Below are positions 27,079-41,299 of a stretch of DNA of 64,000 bases, piece after piece (position 1 is the first letter of the stretch; the number at the start of each line of letters is the position of its first letter). The notes under the pieces were generated by a model. The model was not told where the DNA came from and searched no databases. It was given only the letters and a program-made list of their open reading frames with translations. The stretch spans positions 62,001 through 126,000 of the forward strand of contig MCFE01000126.1 of NCBI GenBank assembly GCA_002104905.1, in the 5' to 3' direction. A program made the position numbers and the translations under genes. The DNA comes from Basidiobolus meristosporus CBS 931.73. Taxonomy: Eukaryota; Fungi; Basidiobolomycota.

Positions 27079-27813
27079 AGACTTGCTCCGTTGGATAGTG
27101 CCACATTGAGCCATGAGTGCCAAATAGTGCCATAGGGTGCCTGAGAGTCATAGCAGACCTTAACTTGGCCACAGAGTGTGACATATAGTTCTGCATATTC
27201 ATGCAAGGCAGCCCCTGTGTTTCACCTACTGTGCAGGAGAAAATCAATTTTTTTAACCTATTTTTGGGATCAAAATTGTGCATGACATAAAAGAGCACAG
27301 ACAGACTGAAGATATGCATCTGGTACACAATATCCATGGCACTCTAAATCTAGCCCCACAGGCTTGTAGCATGTCACAAAAATGCATGGCACTACCTTGT
27401 TCCACTAGTACTATCTGGCACTATATGTAAATATTAGCCCTAAAGTAGAACCTGTACATAGTACTTATAGTGCCAGATAGTACCAGTGGACCAAGATAGT
27501 GCCATGCATTTTTGTGACATGCTACAAGCCTGTGGGGCTAGATTTAGAGTGCCATGGATATTGTGTACCAGATGCATATCTTCAGTCTGTCTGTGCTCTT
27601 TTATGTCATGCACAATTTTGATCCCAAAAAATAGGTTGAAAAAATTGATTTTCTCCTGCACAGTAGGTGAAACACAGGGGCTGCCTTGCATGAATATGCA
27701 GAACTATATGTCACACTCTGTGGCCAAGTTAAGGTCTGCTATGACTCTCAGGCACACTATGGCACTATTTGGCACTCATGGCTCAGTGTGGCACTATGCA
27801 ATGGAACAAGTCT
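27079..27813. mobile_element. Foldback element (735 bp), ATT TSD
   Basis: Arms 27079-27425 and 27466-27813, 40-bp spacer; AGAC...GTCT ends; ATT at 27076-27078 and 27814-27816. Confidence 0.93.
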
Positions 27814-27989
27814 ATTATATTTTCATTCAAATCAATTAGTTCCATGTCAGCTTATCAGTATATCAGTATTATCTATCTGAGCAGGTGTATTAGTAAGCAG
27901 AGGAATCAGCAGATCCTTATTAGACAGAATTGATACTTAAAGTAAGATCTAATGCATCCATTACCATCAAATAAGTCCTACAGTGACCA

Positions 27990-30900
27990 AGACTAGTCTA
28001 GAATTGTTAAGTAAATTTCTAGCTGCTGAATGAAACCAAATAGTCCAATATCTTAATACACCCCTAGAACTGAATAATTGCTTTATTCTAATTCCTCTCT
28101 GAGATTCTCAAATTGTGGTCTAGCTGGTGGTTTTGTCTGTGTATCTGCTGCCGTTTTGCAGTTGGACAGTGAACTAAATTTGCAAAGCTATTATCTACAG
28201 TTCTCCTCTCAAAGTGGTGTTGTTGATGTAGGTGCTTAGTTGTGGCATGATTAGTAAGATTCCTATCTAATGAAATATAACTCTGATTATCTTTGTAAGT
28301 ACAGGATAGTTCATATGAATTGCTGCCTAAGACTTTGAATAATATCTATGGCCATATAGCCTCCTTAGTTTTTTGTAAAGGAGTCATTTATTCAGCTTCA
28401 GTTGTAAATAGGGCTACATTTGGTTGTTTCTTGCAATTCCAAGTAATAGCTGCACCAGCATAAAGAAATACATACCCAGAGGCAGAGCATCTGTCAAGCA
28501 GATCTCTCCCCAAATCTGAACCACTGTACCATGATATTTTTGCCTTCAAGCTGCTCATGAGTATACCAGAACCATATTTATAGTACCTTGTAGATATTTG
28601 AAAATCCACTCAACTGCTGCAATTTAATCTGGTCCATTTGTCTGCATGATTTGACTGGCTACCTTAACTGCCACTGCAATATCAGAATGTGTAGATACCA
28701 TCAAGTACATCAGGCTACCATCCATTGATTGAAAGGGAAAGTTTTGGGCAATACTTGAGCTGTTTGTGCCTAAAACTGTCTGAGATTAGCTCAATTATAG
28801 TTTATTGTCCATAAGGGTAGCTGCAGACCTGGAATTTTCCATCTTGAAACATCTAAGAATGTCCCTGATGTACTTGGATTAATTGAGCATAATTTCCTAA
28901 ATTGGTATGCAAAGATTCACTTGGATTCCAAGAAAAAAGGTCAGTTTTCCAAGATCTTTCATCTCAAACTTGCCAATGAGATCTGATTTTGTCTGTTTGA
29001 GTGCCTCCCGGTCACTTGTAGCTATTATTGAGTAATTCACATAAAGAACCAGGATGTTCACACCCCTTTTGCGCTGTATTCATATATACAGTGATCTGCA
29101 GTCCTACAAATGAATCTAATCTCCTCTAGATATGTATTAATCTGTTATACCGTGCTCTAAGATCCTGCTTAAGCCCATAGAATAATTTCCTGAGCTTGCA
29201 CATCTTACAGGGCCCTTTTAGATTGGTAAAACCTTCTAGTTGCTCTGTATAAATAGTTTCTTGCAAGCCCCCATTTAGAGAGGCTGTTTTGACATCTATT
29301 TGGTGTAGATCTAGATTGTGTACAGATGCTTAGGCTAGAACTGTCCTAATGGAGTTAAACTTGACAACCAGAGCAAATATATCCTTAAAGTGTAGTCCCT
29401 GGATCTAGGAATAGTCTTTAGTCACCAAACTAGCCTTGTGCAGATCAACAATACCACTTGAGGTTATCATAGTCTTGTAGACCCATCTAAATCCTATTGG
29501 CCTTGTTAAGTTTAGTAGATCTACCAGTTTCCACATCAGCATCTGAACTTTGCATTCTGTGTTCCAGATTCTCAGAATTGGCACATATAGATTCAGCCCA
29601 AAACTTGTATTCCATTCCCTTATCATGTAGCATAGATCTTCTCATCTCTACTCTTGCTCTATTTTCATGTTCTGCTACTCCATTTTGCTGTGGAAAATGC
29701 GGAACAATGGCATGTTGAAGTACACCTGTAGATGAGCACTATTTCAAAAACTCCTTTGAACAGTATTCCCCTCCATTGTCACTTAGGAATATCTTCAATT
29801 TACAACCAGTTTGTGTTTTCACTATGTTCTTGAAGTGCTTAAACATCTTTAAAGCCTCATCCTTGATTTTGAGGCAGTAAACCTATGTATATCTTGTCTT
29901 GTCATCAATAAATGTCATAAAGTATCTCTTGGCTCCAAAGGACAGTGTTCTCATGGGCCCACATATGTCTGAGCAAACAATAGCCAGTATATTAGTGATG
30001 TTGATGCCTCCTGAGCTGCTGAAATGCTGCCTAGCTTGTTTGCCATAAGATCATCCCATACAGACACTCAATATGGTGGAATTTGTGTAATATAGGCCTA
30101 AAGTAAGCTCATTTGTCACCAATTGGTTCATTATCTGTTCCCCAATATGTTCTAGGCTCCTATGCCATGTCTCCCAGTTGGTCACATAAGTTTCAGCAAT
30201 GTTGGCATACTCCGGTACAATGATCTTGCATTGTAATTTGTATTTGTTATGATCTCTGATTCCTAAAGCTGATTCTTGTCCATTTTCACTCAGTTTTGAG
30301 CAGTTCAGCTTGGTAAAAAGAAGCTTTATTCCATGAGCTGTAGCTTCACTGACTGAGAATAGGTTCTTGCCAATTCCAGGTTAGTAGAGAATTTCAGTCA
30401 GTTTTGCTGCTGTAGCCCCAGAGATATCACTCATATTTAGTAGCATAGACCAACTGGTGGTAACTTCCAGTTCAGAATTTCCTCCCAGATAAACCTTTCA
30501 CTGGGAATAGTCTTTATGTTGCTGAACCACTCCTTGATACCAAAAATATGCTGTGATGCTCCAGAGTAAAAATATCTTTAATTACTTTGATCACTTGCAA
30601 TCTGTTGTACAGTTGCAAACAACTGTTCATCAGTAGTTATATGGTTTGCCTGCTCCAGTTTCCTTTTTTTGTCTGTTTGTGTCTTCTTGCATTCTCTTGC
30701 CCAGTGTCCTGGCTTCTTACAGTGGTTACAGCAACCAGGTTTTCTTTGGTATTGTTGCTTTCCCTTCTATTCTGTATGTCTTTCTAGGCTGAATAAAGCA
30801 TTGTCTTCAACTTTGTCTGCTTGATCATTGCATCTGAGTTATTCCTGGAGAAGTCTTCCTTTGACAAAGTGTAAAGTCAAATTGTCTTCTCTGCTTTCAA

Positions 30901-31560
30901 AAGAAGGTATGAGTGGCTCATACTTGTCTGGTAGTTCATACATATCCAGTGGGCTGCAAAGCAGACAGAATATCTTTTCTTCATCTTCTACACCAGCTTT
31001 GAAGCCATAAAGTTCTTCTGCAAGGGTCTCCATCTGGCAATGTGTTGTGAATGTCATCATCTGGCTTCTTCCTCTTATTGAGGAGCTTTTGTTTCAAATA
31101 AAGCTTGCTTGATATTGACTTTTCTCCAAGGATCTTCTCTAAGGATTCTCATACTACTTTGTCAGTATTTGAAGCATGGATTTGTCCAATGAAGGAATTT
31201 TGCACATTGATAAATATAGCATTAAAGGTGTTTCTCTCCTTCTCTTGGAGCTTCTCCACTTCTTCTGCTGTTCCTTTGGGCTCAACTTCTTTTCCTGTTA
31301 CTATACTCCAAATCTTTCTTTCCTCAGGGTGGATCTACAGGCTAATTCTCCAGAGCTTGTAGTTCCTCCCATCAAACCTCTTCTTCACAGGGAAGATGTT
31401 TGTATTGTTCTGTTTGCTGGTAGATGTCATCTTTAGAATAGGTTAAGGCAATGGGAGCTCATAACCTATTGCAATTACAGAAGCAATATGGATATAAGGA
31501 ACTTATCACAAAATAGTGATCATAGTCAAATTGTTGTTTATTCATAACAAGGATCAGTAT
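27990..31560 (-). mobile_element. Degenerate copia-B element with internal deletions
   Basis: PBS GGTTATGAGCTC (reverse complement of 31455-31466), gag 30500-31440, integrase remnants ~29650-30150, RT 29405-29626, RNase H 28388-28609 (AITWNCKKQ). The PPT/LTR start near 28060 matches 38120-38210. Confidence 0.78.
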
Positions 31561-31609
31561 TTATACCTTTGTAAAAGAATTAGACCACAGGTTGTGAGCT
31601 GAATCAATT

Positions 31610-34600
31610 GTACTGTGACATATGTCAACAATAGATGCCCAATAGCAGCGCTACATGACTCTACAGCCTTTGAAGCATACACAGGAAAAGAACCGGACCT
31701 CCAACCCTTCAGGATCATTGGCATTAATGTTTTTAATCACACACCTGATAAAAAGTGCTTAAAGTTTGAAACAAAAGCCTTGTGGCAGATAATTTGGTCT
31801 TGCAGGTGGATCCAATCTTGATCAGCCATCAAGATTCTGCAAGGAGACCACTTTAATACTGGCTGCTTGTAAGTAATGACCATTTACGCATTTGTATGAT
31901 GGGAGCACAATGGTATTTGGCTAATTTTACACCCAAATAATATTAACAAGCATAAAGGTGTTTGTAAAGTGTTTTACCAACCTTGGCATGGCATTGTTGC
32001 AGTCTTAGCGCACCCCATTACAATCTGATTGAATGTAACTGGTCAGTACATCTAATTGCCTTAGATGACAAAAGAATTAATGGTGTTTTGACAGCTTCAT
32101 TGCAAGCCTTTGATGGTACTATTACAGCAGTATGCAACCTAGTGCTACTTCTGTATAGTGCTACTGTACCAGTTAACCATTGGTATTTCCTTTTTCTACC
32201 TCCCCTTGGGCAACTCATATATTGCACTGTAGAATCACCTCTCTTTATTTGCTTACCCACCACTACCTTGAGTATTCCACATATAGTTTGAATCAAAAAA
32301 ATATGACCTCCTACTACTAACCTCTACAAATGCAAACACCAGCCATAATTGACATACTTTTAACATTTCAAATCTACAGCTTTTAATGTGATTCTTGCGA
32401 AGCTGTGATATACCTTGTATAGCTTGTAACAAAAACATCTTGCAAGCCAATGCTTGGTTTCCGCCTCTTCTGCCATGAATACCCCCTTAATATCTGCAAA
32501 GAACATTTTGGTATCTAGCCAGTAGGTTCCTTCTTTATGCTGGAACTAATCCCCCTTATAGTTGCGCTCTGGCTTATGTTTGCGTGAATTCTGTATTTAA
32601 GAGTGTAGAAATGGGCTTGTGACCAAGAGAAACCTGGCATATTTGGCAGATTTTTCCTAATAAAAACTAGTTGCTTGTTGCATTCAACCCAACTTTGCAT
32701 TATTTAACTGATTACCAACTCATTGGGGCTGCTTAGCTTTGTAATTCCATAGGCATAGGTATCTTCATGTGCACATCTGTCCTATGTATTTTCTGACTCT
32801 TCCTGGCTGTTTCCATGTGCCAACTTATCACATCCATGATGGAGTTAAAGGTAATATTCTTGATGAGAATGAAATATGCAGGTACCTGCAATCTGACTTG
32901 TCTTCCTATCTCCCAGTACATCTGCTTTATAGAAAACTCCCAAATGGTGAAGCCAGGTCCAGTATTCTCAGAACACCAAGAAAGATGGAGTAGCAAATGG
33001 GTACAATAGTGGCAGAGATCTATGCATTCAGCTTTATGTTTATAGTGTAGCCACTCAAATCCCATCACAAATTCTCTGCAGTAAGCTGTGGATGAATCAA
33101 GTTGCCATTGGTGATCTGCTTCTGGATAAATATACCTACAATGTCCACATATGAGTCCCAATGCTCCCAATGTACTCTTGATAGAGATGGCTTTAGAAGC
33201 CCACTAGAATAAATACAAATCTAGTTCATCTAGTCCTTGCACTTGGATTATTGCATATGCTTATGAATGTTGATTGAAGCCTGTGAGAAGTACTTAGGGT
33301 AGCATATACTTTGTTAAATCTTGTCAATTCATTCAAATTTTTCTTGTATCTCTAAGGGCTCATTTGGCTTGAAATGCCCCATGTGCAACCTGGTCATCAG
33401 CATAGGAATGTTGTTGAAAAGCAAGGGCACTGCTCCCAGTGGAGAGAATTTGCTCCAGCAGATACCCTCTATCATAAGTATCTCGGATTTCTAGTTAACT
33501 TCATATTCCAGCCAACAGTGTACAGCATGCAAACTTTGCTGCAACTGTATGCTGACTTCTGTATGTTCTCACTGCATAAATTTGATGTTCTTAGTGTTGG
33601 TAATTGGGTAATAATAATGTGTGTAAGCTATGGAGTAAGGCCCCTGGATCCTACACACTCAAAAGTAGTACTGTTCACTGTACCCAGAGAAGCCTGCTCT
33701 CTTGCTGATGGCTGAGGTAACTACAATCCAGATGATAATGTGCACTTTGACATGATAGCCATTTACAGTTTTCCTGCAGGAACACACACAAAATTGATCC
33801 ACCACTAGATACAGGTAGCAATCCAGGTTGGACGGTGATTTAGGCCCTGATACCAGTGGGACTACCAACAAATATCTGCTCTGATACCATAAGATAGCCA
33901 GCGGATTCAGGTTGTTGAGAATCAGTGGCAAGCAGGGTTTGCTGGTAGAGTACTTGTTTAATGAGACTCCATCAAGTGCCAAGTCAATGGCATGGTCATC
34001 AATGCTGTCAAAGTAGCCCTTGCTTTTCTTGCTGTTTGTAATGTTTGCCATCAAATATATCTGATCTGTTTGCACTTGATTAATAATCAGTGTGGTACTT
34101 TATAGCTCACAATATCTGTTGGACTGCATGAACTTCTTTAGATAGGGTATTACCAAAATATATTTGGAGTAAGAACAATGTTATCCTCCAATGGTGGTGG
34201 ATTCCTGACAAGTTAGACACCTTGCAATGGTGGCATATTCTGACATGAATGCCATGCAACTGTTAGCACATGCTGGTATCAGGACAGTCTTTGGGCCTTA
34301 TGTTGCCAGCAGTATGACGGTTGTCCATTAATGCCATGTAAATGGTGAGTTGCATCCTGGGTTGACTTTGGTAAGAAGCAGTAGCAAGTCCTCAATGCCC
34401 CCATGACTGTAATTAGTGGAAACACCCCTCTTATCTAGCTACAACATCACATCATTCACCAGTAGATGGAATACTGGTCTTACTTAAATTCACAAAATAT
34501 TCTTGTAATCTTTTTCCATGGGTGTTGTCTCATTGCAAAATGGGATTTTGCCAGGCTCATGCAGGGTACTGTTGTAAGGGAACATAGGCTCCCAAACCAT

Positions 34601-37600
34601 CAGTGAGCCTGCTTCTTCAGTGCTATCACTCTGTGTGCCATGTTCAGAATGCTGGGGTGAGCCTAAAGGTGTTGCAAACTTGCCTGACTCAGCTTGAGCA
34701 AGGTAACAAGTATGGCTAGTTGCTATTATAAGAGTATCTAGTGGCCATCAAGATATTGTTGGTACAGTAGTGACTGGTGAATGGTCAAATATGGCTGTGA
34801 TGCAAAACACTGGCTGTGGTCTTTACAATACATCAAATGCTGTCTGAGAGCTTCATGGCTTGCTACAATAGCCACACAGTCTTTTTCTCTTGTTGAATCA
34901 AAGTAGTCTTGTCCACATTGCAAACAGTTTGACATGCAACAACATATTGCTATTATGTCACTTTTTTGCCAATAGTTATGCAAGCTAATGACAGTTTTGT
35001 ATTTGAGACATTGCACTGGTGTGAGTGTAAGAGTCAATGATGAACTGCCACTGTAAGCAATGTAGAGAGCTTGAAACAAGCAGAAATCAAGCATCAGGTT
35101 GCCTACAGAGTGCCAGCAAGGAACAAGCAGGCCAAAACAGTTGCATCAGAGCAGCATTCATCAAGGAGTAAACATAGTTTAATACAAGTACACAAAGTGT
35201 CAGTGAACAACCTAGCAGTGATAAAGGAAGAGTTAATGGGAAAAAGTACACTCAAGCCAGAGACAGTGAAGTGTGAGGAAAAGCTCTAGTTCTTTCCAGT
35301 TGACACTGTAAGCCCAGTCCAGACTGACTCTTATCATAGCTCAACAGAATGACAACAAGAAAACAGCTGTTTCCAAAAAAGTCGGAAGCAAAGCCAGTTG
35401 AGCATTACTCTTGTGAGGTAGATAAGTTTGCAGAGGTAGGCAATTTGTCTACCACAGCCTCCACATTTACCATTGTTGACAGAGTGGAGATCCCACTGAC
35501 ATACAAAGTAAGAATGTCAAGAATTCAAAAGGTTGTTACAATGCCTATCAGTGGAATTTTGGAACATTAATAGGCACTCCAAGAGGTTGCAGCACTTCTT
35601 CAAGGGCAGTGCTCATGAAAATGTACATGAATATTACAGGGACTTATTGCCAAGACTGGTAAATGAGGTGCTAGACCTTGCAGTGCTGGCTGAAGAACTC
35701 AATGTAAGGTAACCAGTGAATGAACAGCTGTATAAAGGTGTATGGTTCCTGCTAAAGTCATGGAAACAGAGCATTATAGCAGATATTCTTATTGGGTGAT
35801 GTATTTGTAGGTAGTTACTTATGGATTCTGGGGATAGGCTTGATGTTAGAGTAGGGTGTATGGACTTGTATAGGCAAATATAATTATAATTGAGAAACAA
35901 CTGAAGTTTTGACAGAAATAAATCAATTTGTGTGCATGAAAAGTAAGAGAAACAGTTGGGTCAGGAAGCTAAGGAGTGTGAAAATAAGGCAATAGCCAAT
36001 CAATGCACCAGTGTAGAATGTGGTAGAGTGTCTGGGTCCAGAAAGTGAGAAAGCCAGCAGCAGAACCAATCAAAAGCCACTTTTGTATTCTTGTGATGCA
36101 AAATTTTGACTAAATTTTTTGTGAAATTTGGGGTGCAATTATTTTTGGAAGATCTTTGCATGGTGTCCTGATGGGATCAATACCTGTTATTCACGGGTCT
36201 TGAAATCTGTGATGGCCTTTTGATGGGATCATCACAATGATTTTTCATAGGGAAAGTAGAAAAGGAGTCTTTGTAGGCTATTGTGAAGACACTAAAGGGT
36301 AGAGAGTATATGATGGCAAAATGTATCAGCTGATCAAGTGTAGAGATACTATATTTGACAAGAACTCAGATTATTGATCCACCGCAATCATTGGCTGCTG
36401 ACTGATGATGCAATTACCACAAATGAAAAAGACTCCTACCTAATACCTACAGATACAGAAGAAAATTTGACTAGTTCCAGGCCAGAACCAACTATTGCAG
36501 CTAGGTAATCCACTAGAGTAAGAAAGGCCCCTGAATCTTAGAAGTAGACATCCAATGACCATGAAGAGGCTTATCTTGCCTTATGAGCCAAGCTTTGCAC
36601 AATCTGGAACTGGCAATGCACAATCCAGCTGCTACCATGTGACAATAAGCCATACAGGAGTAGTACCAACCACTGATCCAGGTAAAAACATGGGAACTGG
36701 TAGATTTACAAAATGGGCAAAAGTCGTAAGGATTTAGATGAGACTACAAGATCAATATAACTGCAAAAGTACTCTCAATTAGCAAAAAGCTAGATTGGTG
36801 GCTCAATGCTATTGCCAGATCCAGGGACTAGACTTAAGGAAACATTGGCCCTTGTAGCCAAGTTCACTTCTGTTGGGAAAGTTCTGGCCATTGCAGCTGT
36901 ACACAAGCTAGATCTACACCAAATGGACATCTATCAGCCTTGCTGCATTGGGTATCTGCCAGAAACTATATATATGTAGCAACCAGAAGGTTCTAGCCAA
37001 TCCAAAAGGCCCCTGTAAGATGTACACATCTAGAAATTTGTTGTGTGGACTTATGTAGGCACCTAGAGCTTGGCATAACAAGATAGAAGCATATGTAGAG
37101 GAGACTAGGTTCCTTTGCAGCACTGCGGATCACATTATATGTATGAAACCACTTAAATAGGCAATGATTGTTCTGGTACTTTGTGTGGGCAGCCTAGCTA
37201 TAGCTACAAGAGACCAGGATGCACTTGGATAAATCAGATCTTTTCAGAGAATATGTGATGAGAGACCATATAAAGTTAAGCTGATTTCTTAGAATTGAAT
37301 TTAAATCTGGCATACCTACATAAAATATTGCACAGAGATGGTCCAAGTATTTTGGGACTATTTTTAGGTGCTTGTTAATGAAAAATTATAAGCCTGCAAC
37401 AGCCCCCATGAACAAGAATCTAGAACTGAGCAAATCTCAGTCAGTTTTGGATGAAAACAGCTTAAATATGGACCAAATCTTTACCTATTAATTGAATGGC
37501 TGGTAGTCTCATATAGTTGATGGTTCCTGCAAGTCTATATATTGCAGTGGCAGTAGAAATATGTAGTCAACTTATGCAAATTGTGGATCTGATCAAATTA

Positions 37601-38500
37601 TAGCAGTCAAGCAAATATTCAGATATCTACAAGATACCATATAATGTGGTATTAGAATACCCTGGAGCAGCTAATAGGCAAAGACATGATGGTTATTGTG
37701 ATTCAGATTGGGGTGGGGATCTGATTGTTATATGCTCCATAACAAGTATATGTTTCTATATGGTGGTGCAGCAATCACCTGGAATTGCAAGAAACAAGTA
37801 ACTGTGGCCTACTCTACAACTGAAACAGAGTATATGGCTGCATGTCAAGCAACTAAGGAGGCTGCATGATTATAAAAGCTATGCAACAATATGTGCTTAA
37901 ATTTGAATGAACCAACATGTATTTACAAGGATAATCAAAGTTGTATTTCATCTGCTAGGAATACTGCCAATAATGCAGAACTAAGCATACAGATGTATAG
38001 CACCACTTTGTGATGGAAGCTATATAAGAAACTTTGTAGAGTTGCTTTACTTCCCAACTGACAGAATGGTGGCAGATATATTGACAACATTACCAGCTAG
38101 GACACAGTCTGTGAGTCTCAAAGAGATATTATGATTAAAAATTATTCAGGTGATCAGGAGTGTTGAAATATTGGCCTATTTAGTATCATTTGGCAGCTAA
38201 AGATTTACATAACAATTCTGGACTAGTCTCAGGCATTGTATGATTATATACAGTTCTATCATAGCCTCTCTCTTCCAGATCCATATCCATAGTTACTCCC
38301 ACTAGTCAAGATCAAATTATCACTTTTACTAACATTGTGTACTAACCTTGAAACTGTTAAAGAATACTCCTGAATGTTGAGAACACTCTTTACTTAGTGT
38401 TGCAGTTCTATTGCCTCTACAAAGGTATAAATACAGAACTTCTTTATAGATGAACAACAGTTCAGCTATTTTCATTATTTCTTGATGAGCTCCTTATATC
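31610..38500 (+). mobile_element. copia-B 3' half interrupted by a CACTA-like element
   Basis: Integrase C-terminus at 31615-31777 (NRCP..AFEAYTGKEPDL) resumes at 36253 (RKGVFVGY), then RT/RNase H to ~38150 and an LTR starting TGTTG at 38161. Right end approximate. Confidence 0.78.
31778..36252 (-). mobile_element. CACTA/EnSpm-like DNA transposon, longest copy, decayed
   Basis: Cys cluster (CANSCMAF..CLTC, ~34200-34280), transposase motifs in 33659-34075 (LALDG, GPKSPSNLD) and 32733-33170. Right terminus ...TTCATAGGG; degenerate inverted match at 31778; AAAG on both flanks. Confidence 0.75.
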
Positions 38501-38699
38501 CAAAGTACTTCTTAAATTGTCACATGCCTTGAGCTACATTTGCCTAATATCTGATGTTATTCCTTAGAAATAAACTAAATAGCCCAAACAAGACCATCAT
38601 AATATTGGCTGAAGTTCAAGTTCCAAGCTGCTGGTACTACAGTGGTGTCCCAACAAGATCTTCACGTCTGATCTGGATTGGATCCAACTACAAAATTAA

Positions 38700-39420
38700 A
38701 TTATTTTTGACAGAGTCTGAGAGTACCCAGCCACTGTTTAGAGATGAATTCCCCTAAGACAGAAGTACTAAGACTATTACCCTAAGCCAGTCTAAGTATA
38801 CTCAAGGAGAACTTAAGAATGACCAAATGGAAGACTTTGGACCAGCAGCTACCCTAATAGAGGCAAACCTTAATTTAATCAAATTTCAACTAAATCAAGT
38901 CTGCTTGGTGCCATCCAAAAGTCAGAATTCTCTTAACAATCTATGGCTGAGAGTCTGATGTATATACTGCTTGTAACATGTGCCAATATCTTGTATTCTG
39001 TGGGAGATGTCAGCTAGCATAATCAGAACTATGAATCTGAACATATTGCAGCAGTTAAGCAGATTTCTACACACTTTAAAGGAACTGCTAATATCTGTAT
39101 ACAATTTACCTATAAGGATTCAGAACAGGTCTTGATGAAAACTCTGATGCTGACTGGGAACAAGATTTAGTAGACAGTAGATCCACCACTGGATATAACT
39201 TTCTTTACCTTAAAGGAGCAGTTCTATGGAATTCAAGAGAGCAACCAACCATAATACTTTCTGCCACAGGGCAGAGTGTATGGCAGGCTATGAAGCAACA
39301 AGAAAAGCATTGTGGATCAGAAAGCACTTCAAAGATTGATGCTTATGCCAAAATATGACTATCACTTTATTTAAGTGTAATCATGGATGTATTTAATTTG
39401 GTAGAAAACTTTCCCTTCAG
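38700..39420 (+). mobile_element. copia-A RT/RNase H fragment
   Basis: Colinear with 21200-21870 but riddled with stops. Confidence 0.75.
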
Positions 39421-41299
39421 CCAAAAGTATCTTGGGCTATGAGGTTTTCCAAAAATATTTGAAAATCAATATTTAGTGCGTGCTAGTTAGTAATATAAAC
39501 ATGTTCCAGACAGCTCAGAACTCTTTTCTCTCAACCAAAATAAAATCTCCCACAAAAAGCTAAGCATATAAATGACCAAGTTATTTAATACAAGTTTATT
39601 ATATAAAATACCCCAAATGTCTCTAACTCTTCCAATCTTACATACCTCACACTACCATTTAAAATACTGTATTTGCTTACTCAAATCAACATCCAACTTT
39701 CCATGCAGGAAATTGGTGTGGTCAAAGTTTGTAATTTCATCTGAATATTCTACTAACTTAGCTGCTAGATGATTACCATCAAATCTCATAGAATACTGAC
39801 CAAATTTCTTGTTGGGATTTACTTATAGTATCTTCACCACAAAGCAGGTACCCAGAACATAAGAATTCTCAAAGTTATCCAAGCAGCCCCAAGCTTTACA
39901 CACATGTTTGTAGGACCTTCCTAAATCTACTCTATATGCTTATCATACTAAGACCATGTCAAAGTGTCAATACTACTTTTACATTCAATTAATCATTAAG
40001 TGAAACCCATATAATCTACTTGTCCTGCCAAGTACTTCCAATGCTTCCAAGACTCTTGAAATAGATTATAAAGCCTAAGCTGTCACTCTCTTCAATGTCT
40101 ACTACCACTATTACTGGAACTCTTACCTCTGTCAAAAAGCTGGATGGATCTGATTTCTAAGTGTAGAAGAGGAAGATGAAGATACTGCTACAAGAGAGTG
40201 GCCTCTAAGATATTGTCATGGGAGAGGAATGCCCTCCCTGAAATGTGGCAGAGGAAGCCTTAGAGCACCAGATGAAAGAAGAATGTATCTATAACTGCAT
40301 GTGCCTTAATGTTAAAGACAAATTGCTAATTCAATGCTGAAAAGTAAAGAATGCCTGGAAGGAACTAGAAGACACCTGCCAGTCATCCTCATCTGCTGCA
40401 AAAATGTAACTTTGACAAATATTTTCTACTACAAATATTCTACTAGGAGCAGAATTGCAAATTCCAATCAACAGATTAACCCTGTTGGTTGTTGAGATTT
40501 GATCTGTGGGTGTACCAACCAGTAATGAGGATATGATAGTAATAGCTCTGAGTAGCCTTTCAGACAGGGATCAGGGCCTTGTAGCAGTCCCAGAGTCCAT
40601 AACTGAAGATATGACCTTAGATTAAGCATATGAAAGGTTCCTGGAGGAAGAATAAAAAATAAAGTGCTAATCAGAAGAGAGAAGAAAATGCCTCAGTAAG
40701 CAATGATAACTACCAAAGAAGATACTAAAGACCCCTGAAACAAAGCAGCCACCTGTTTGTAACCGCTGCAAAAAAAGGACACACAGCTGACTAATGCCTC
40801 AAAAAGAGTGATAAGCAGCCCAAAAAGCCTTAATATGAAAATGCTGCAACAACTGAAGATACACTCATCATATTGGCACTATATATGACCACAAGCAATG
40901 ATTCCTCAGTGTGTTAAGCTGACTGTGGATTATCTCAACACTGTGCACACAAAAAGGAGCATCTACTCAATATCAAGAAATTCAAAAAAACAACAAGGCT
41001 CTCATCTGTGACAATAGAATACTTGATGCAGTTGGAGAAGTAACTATCCATGTAAGCCTTAGAAACAGTGAAGGAAGCCACATACCTACCTTCCAAAAAG
41101 TATACTATACACCAGAAATAGCCAAGGACATACTATCTGTAAGCAACGCTACTGCAGAAGGACTTTGTTTCAGCTTTGACACTACTGGAGGCAGGATCAC
41201 TGATTAAAATGGTGCCTATGTTGCTTTGAGTATCAGATATCAGAGTCTGCACAGGTTGAATTATATTTCATCATATCTGGAAGCCAGTATACTTAACTC

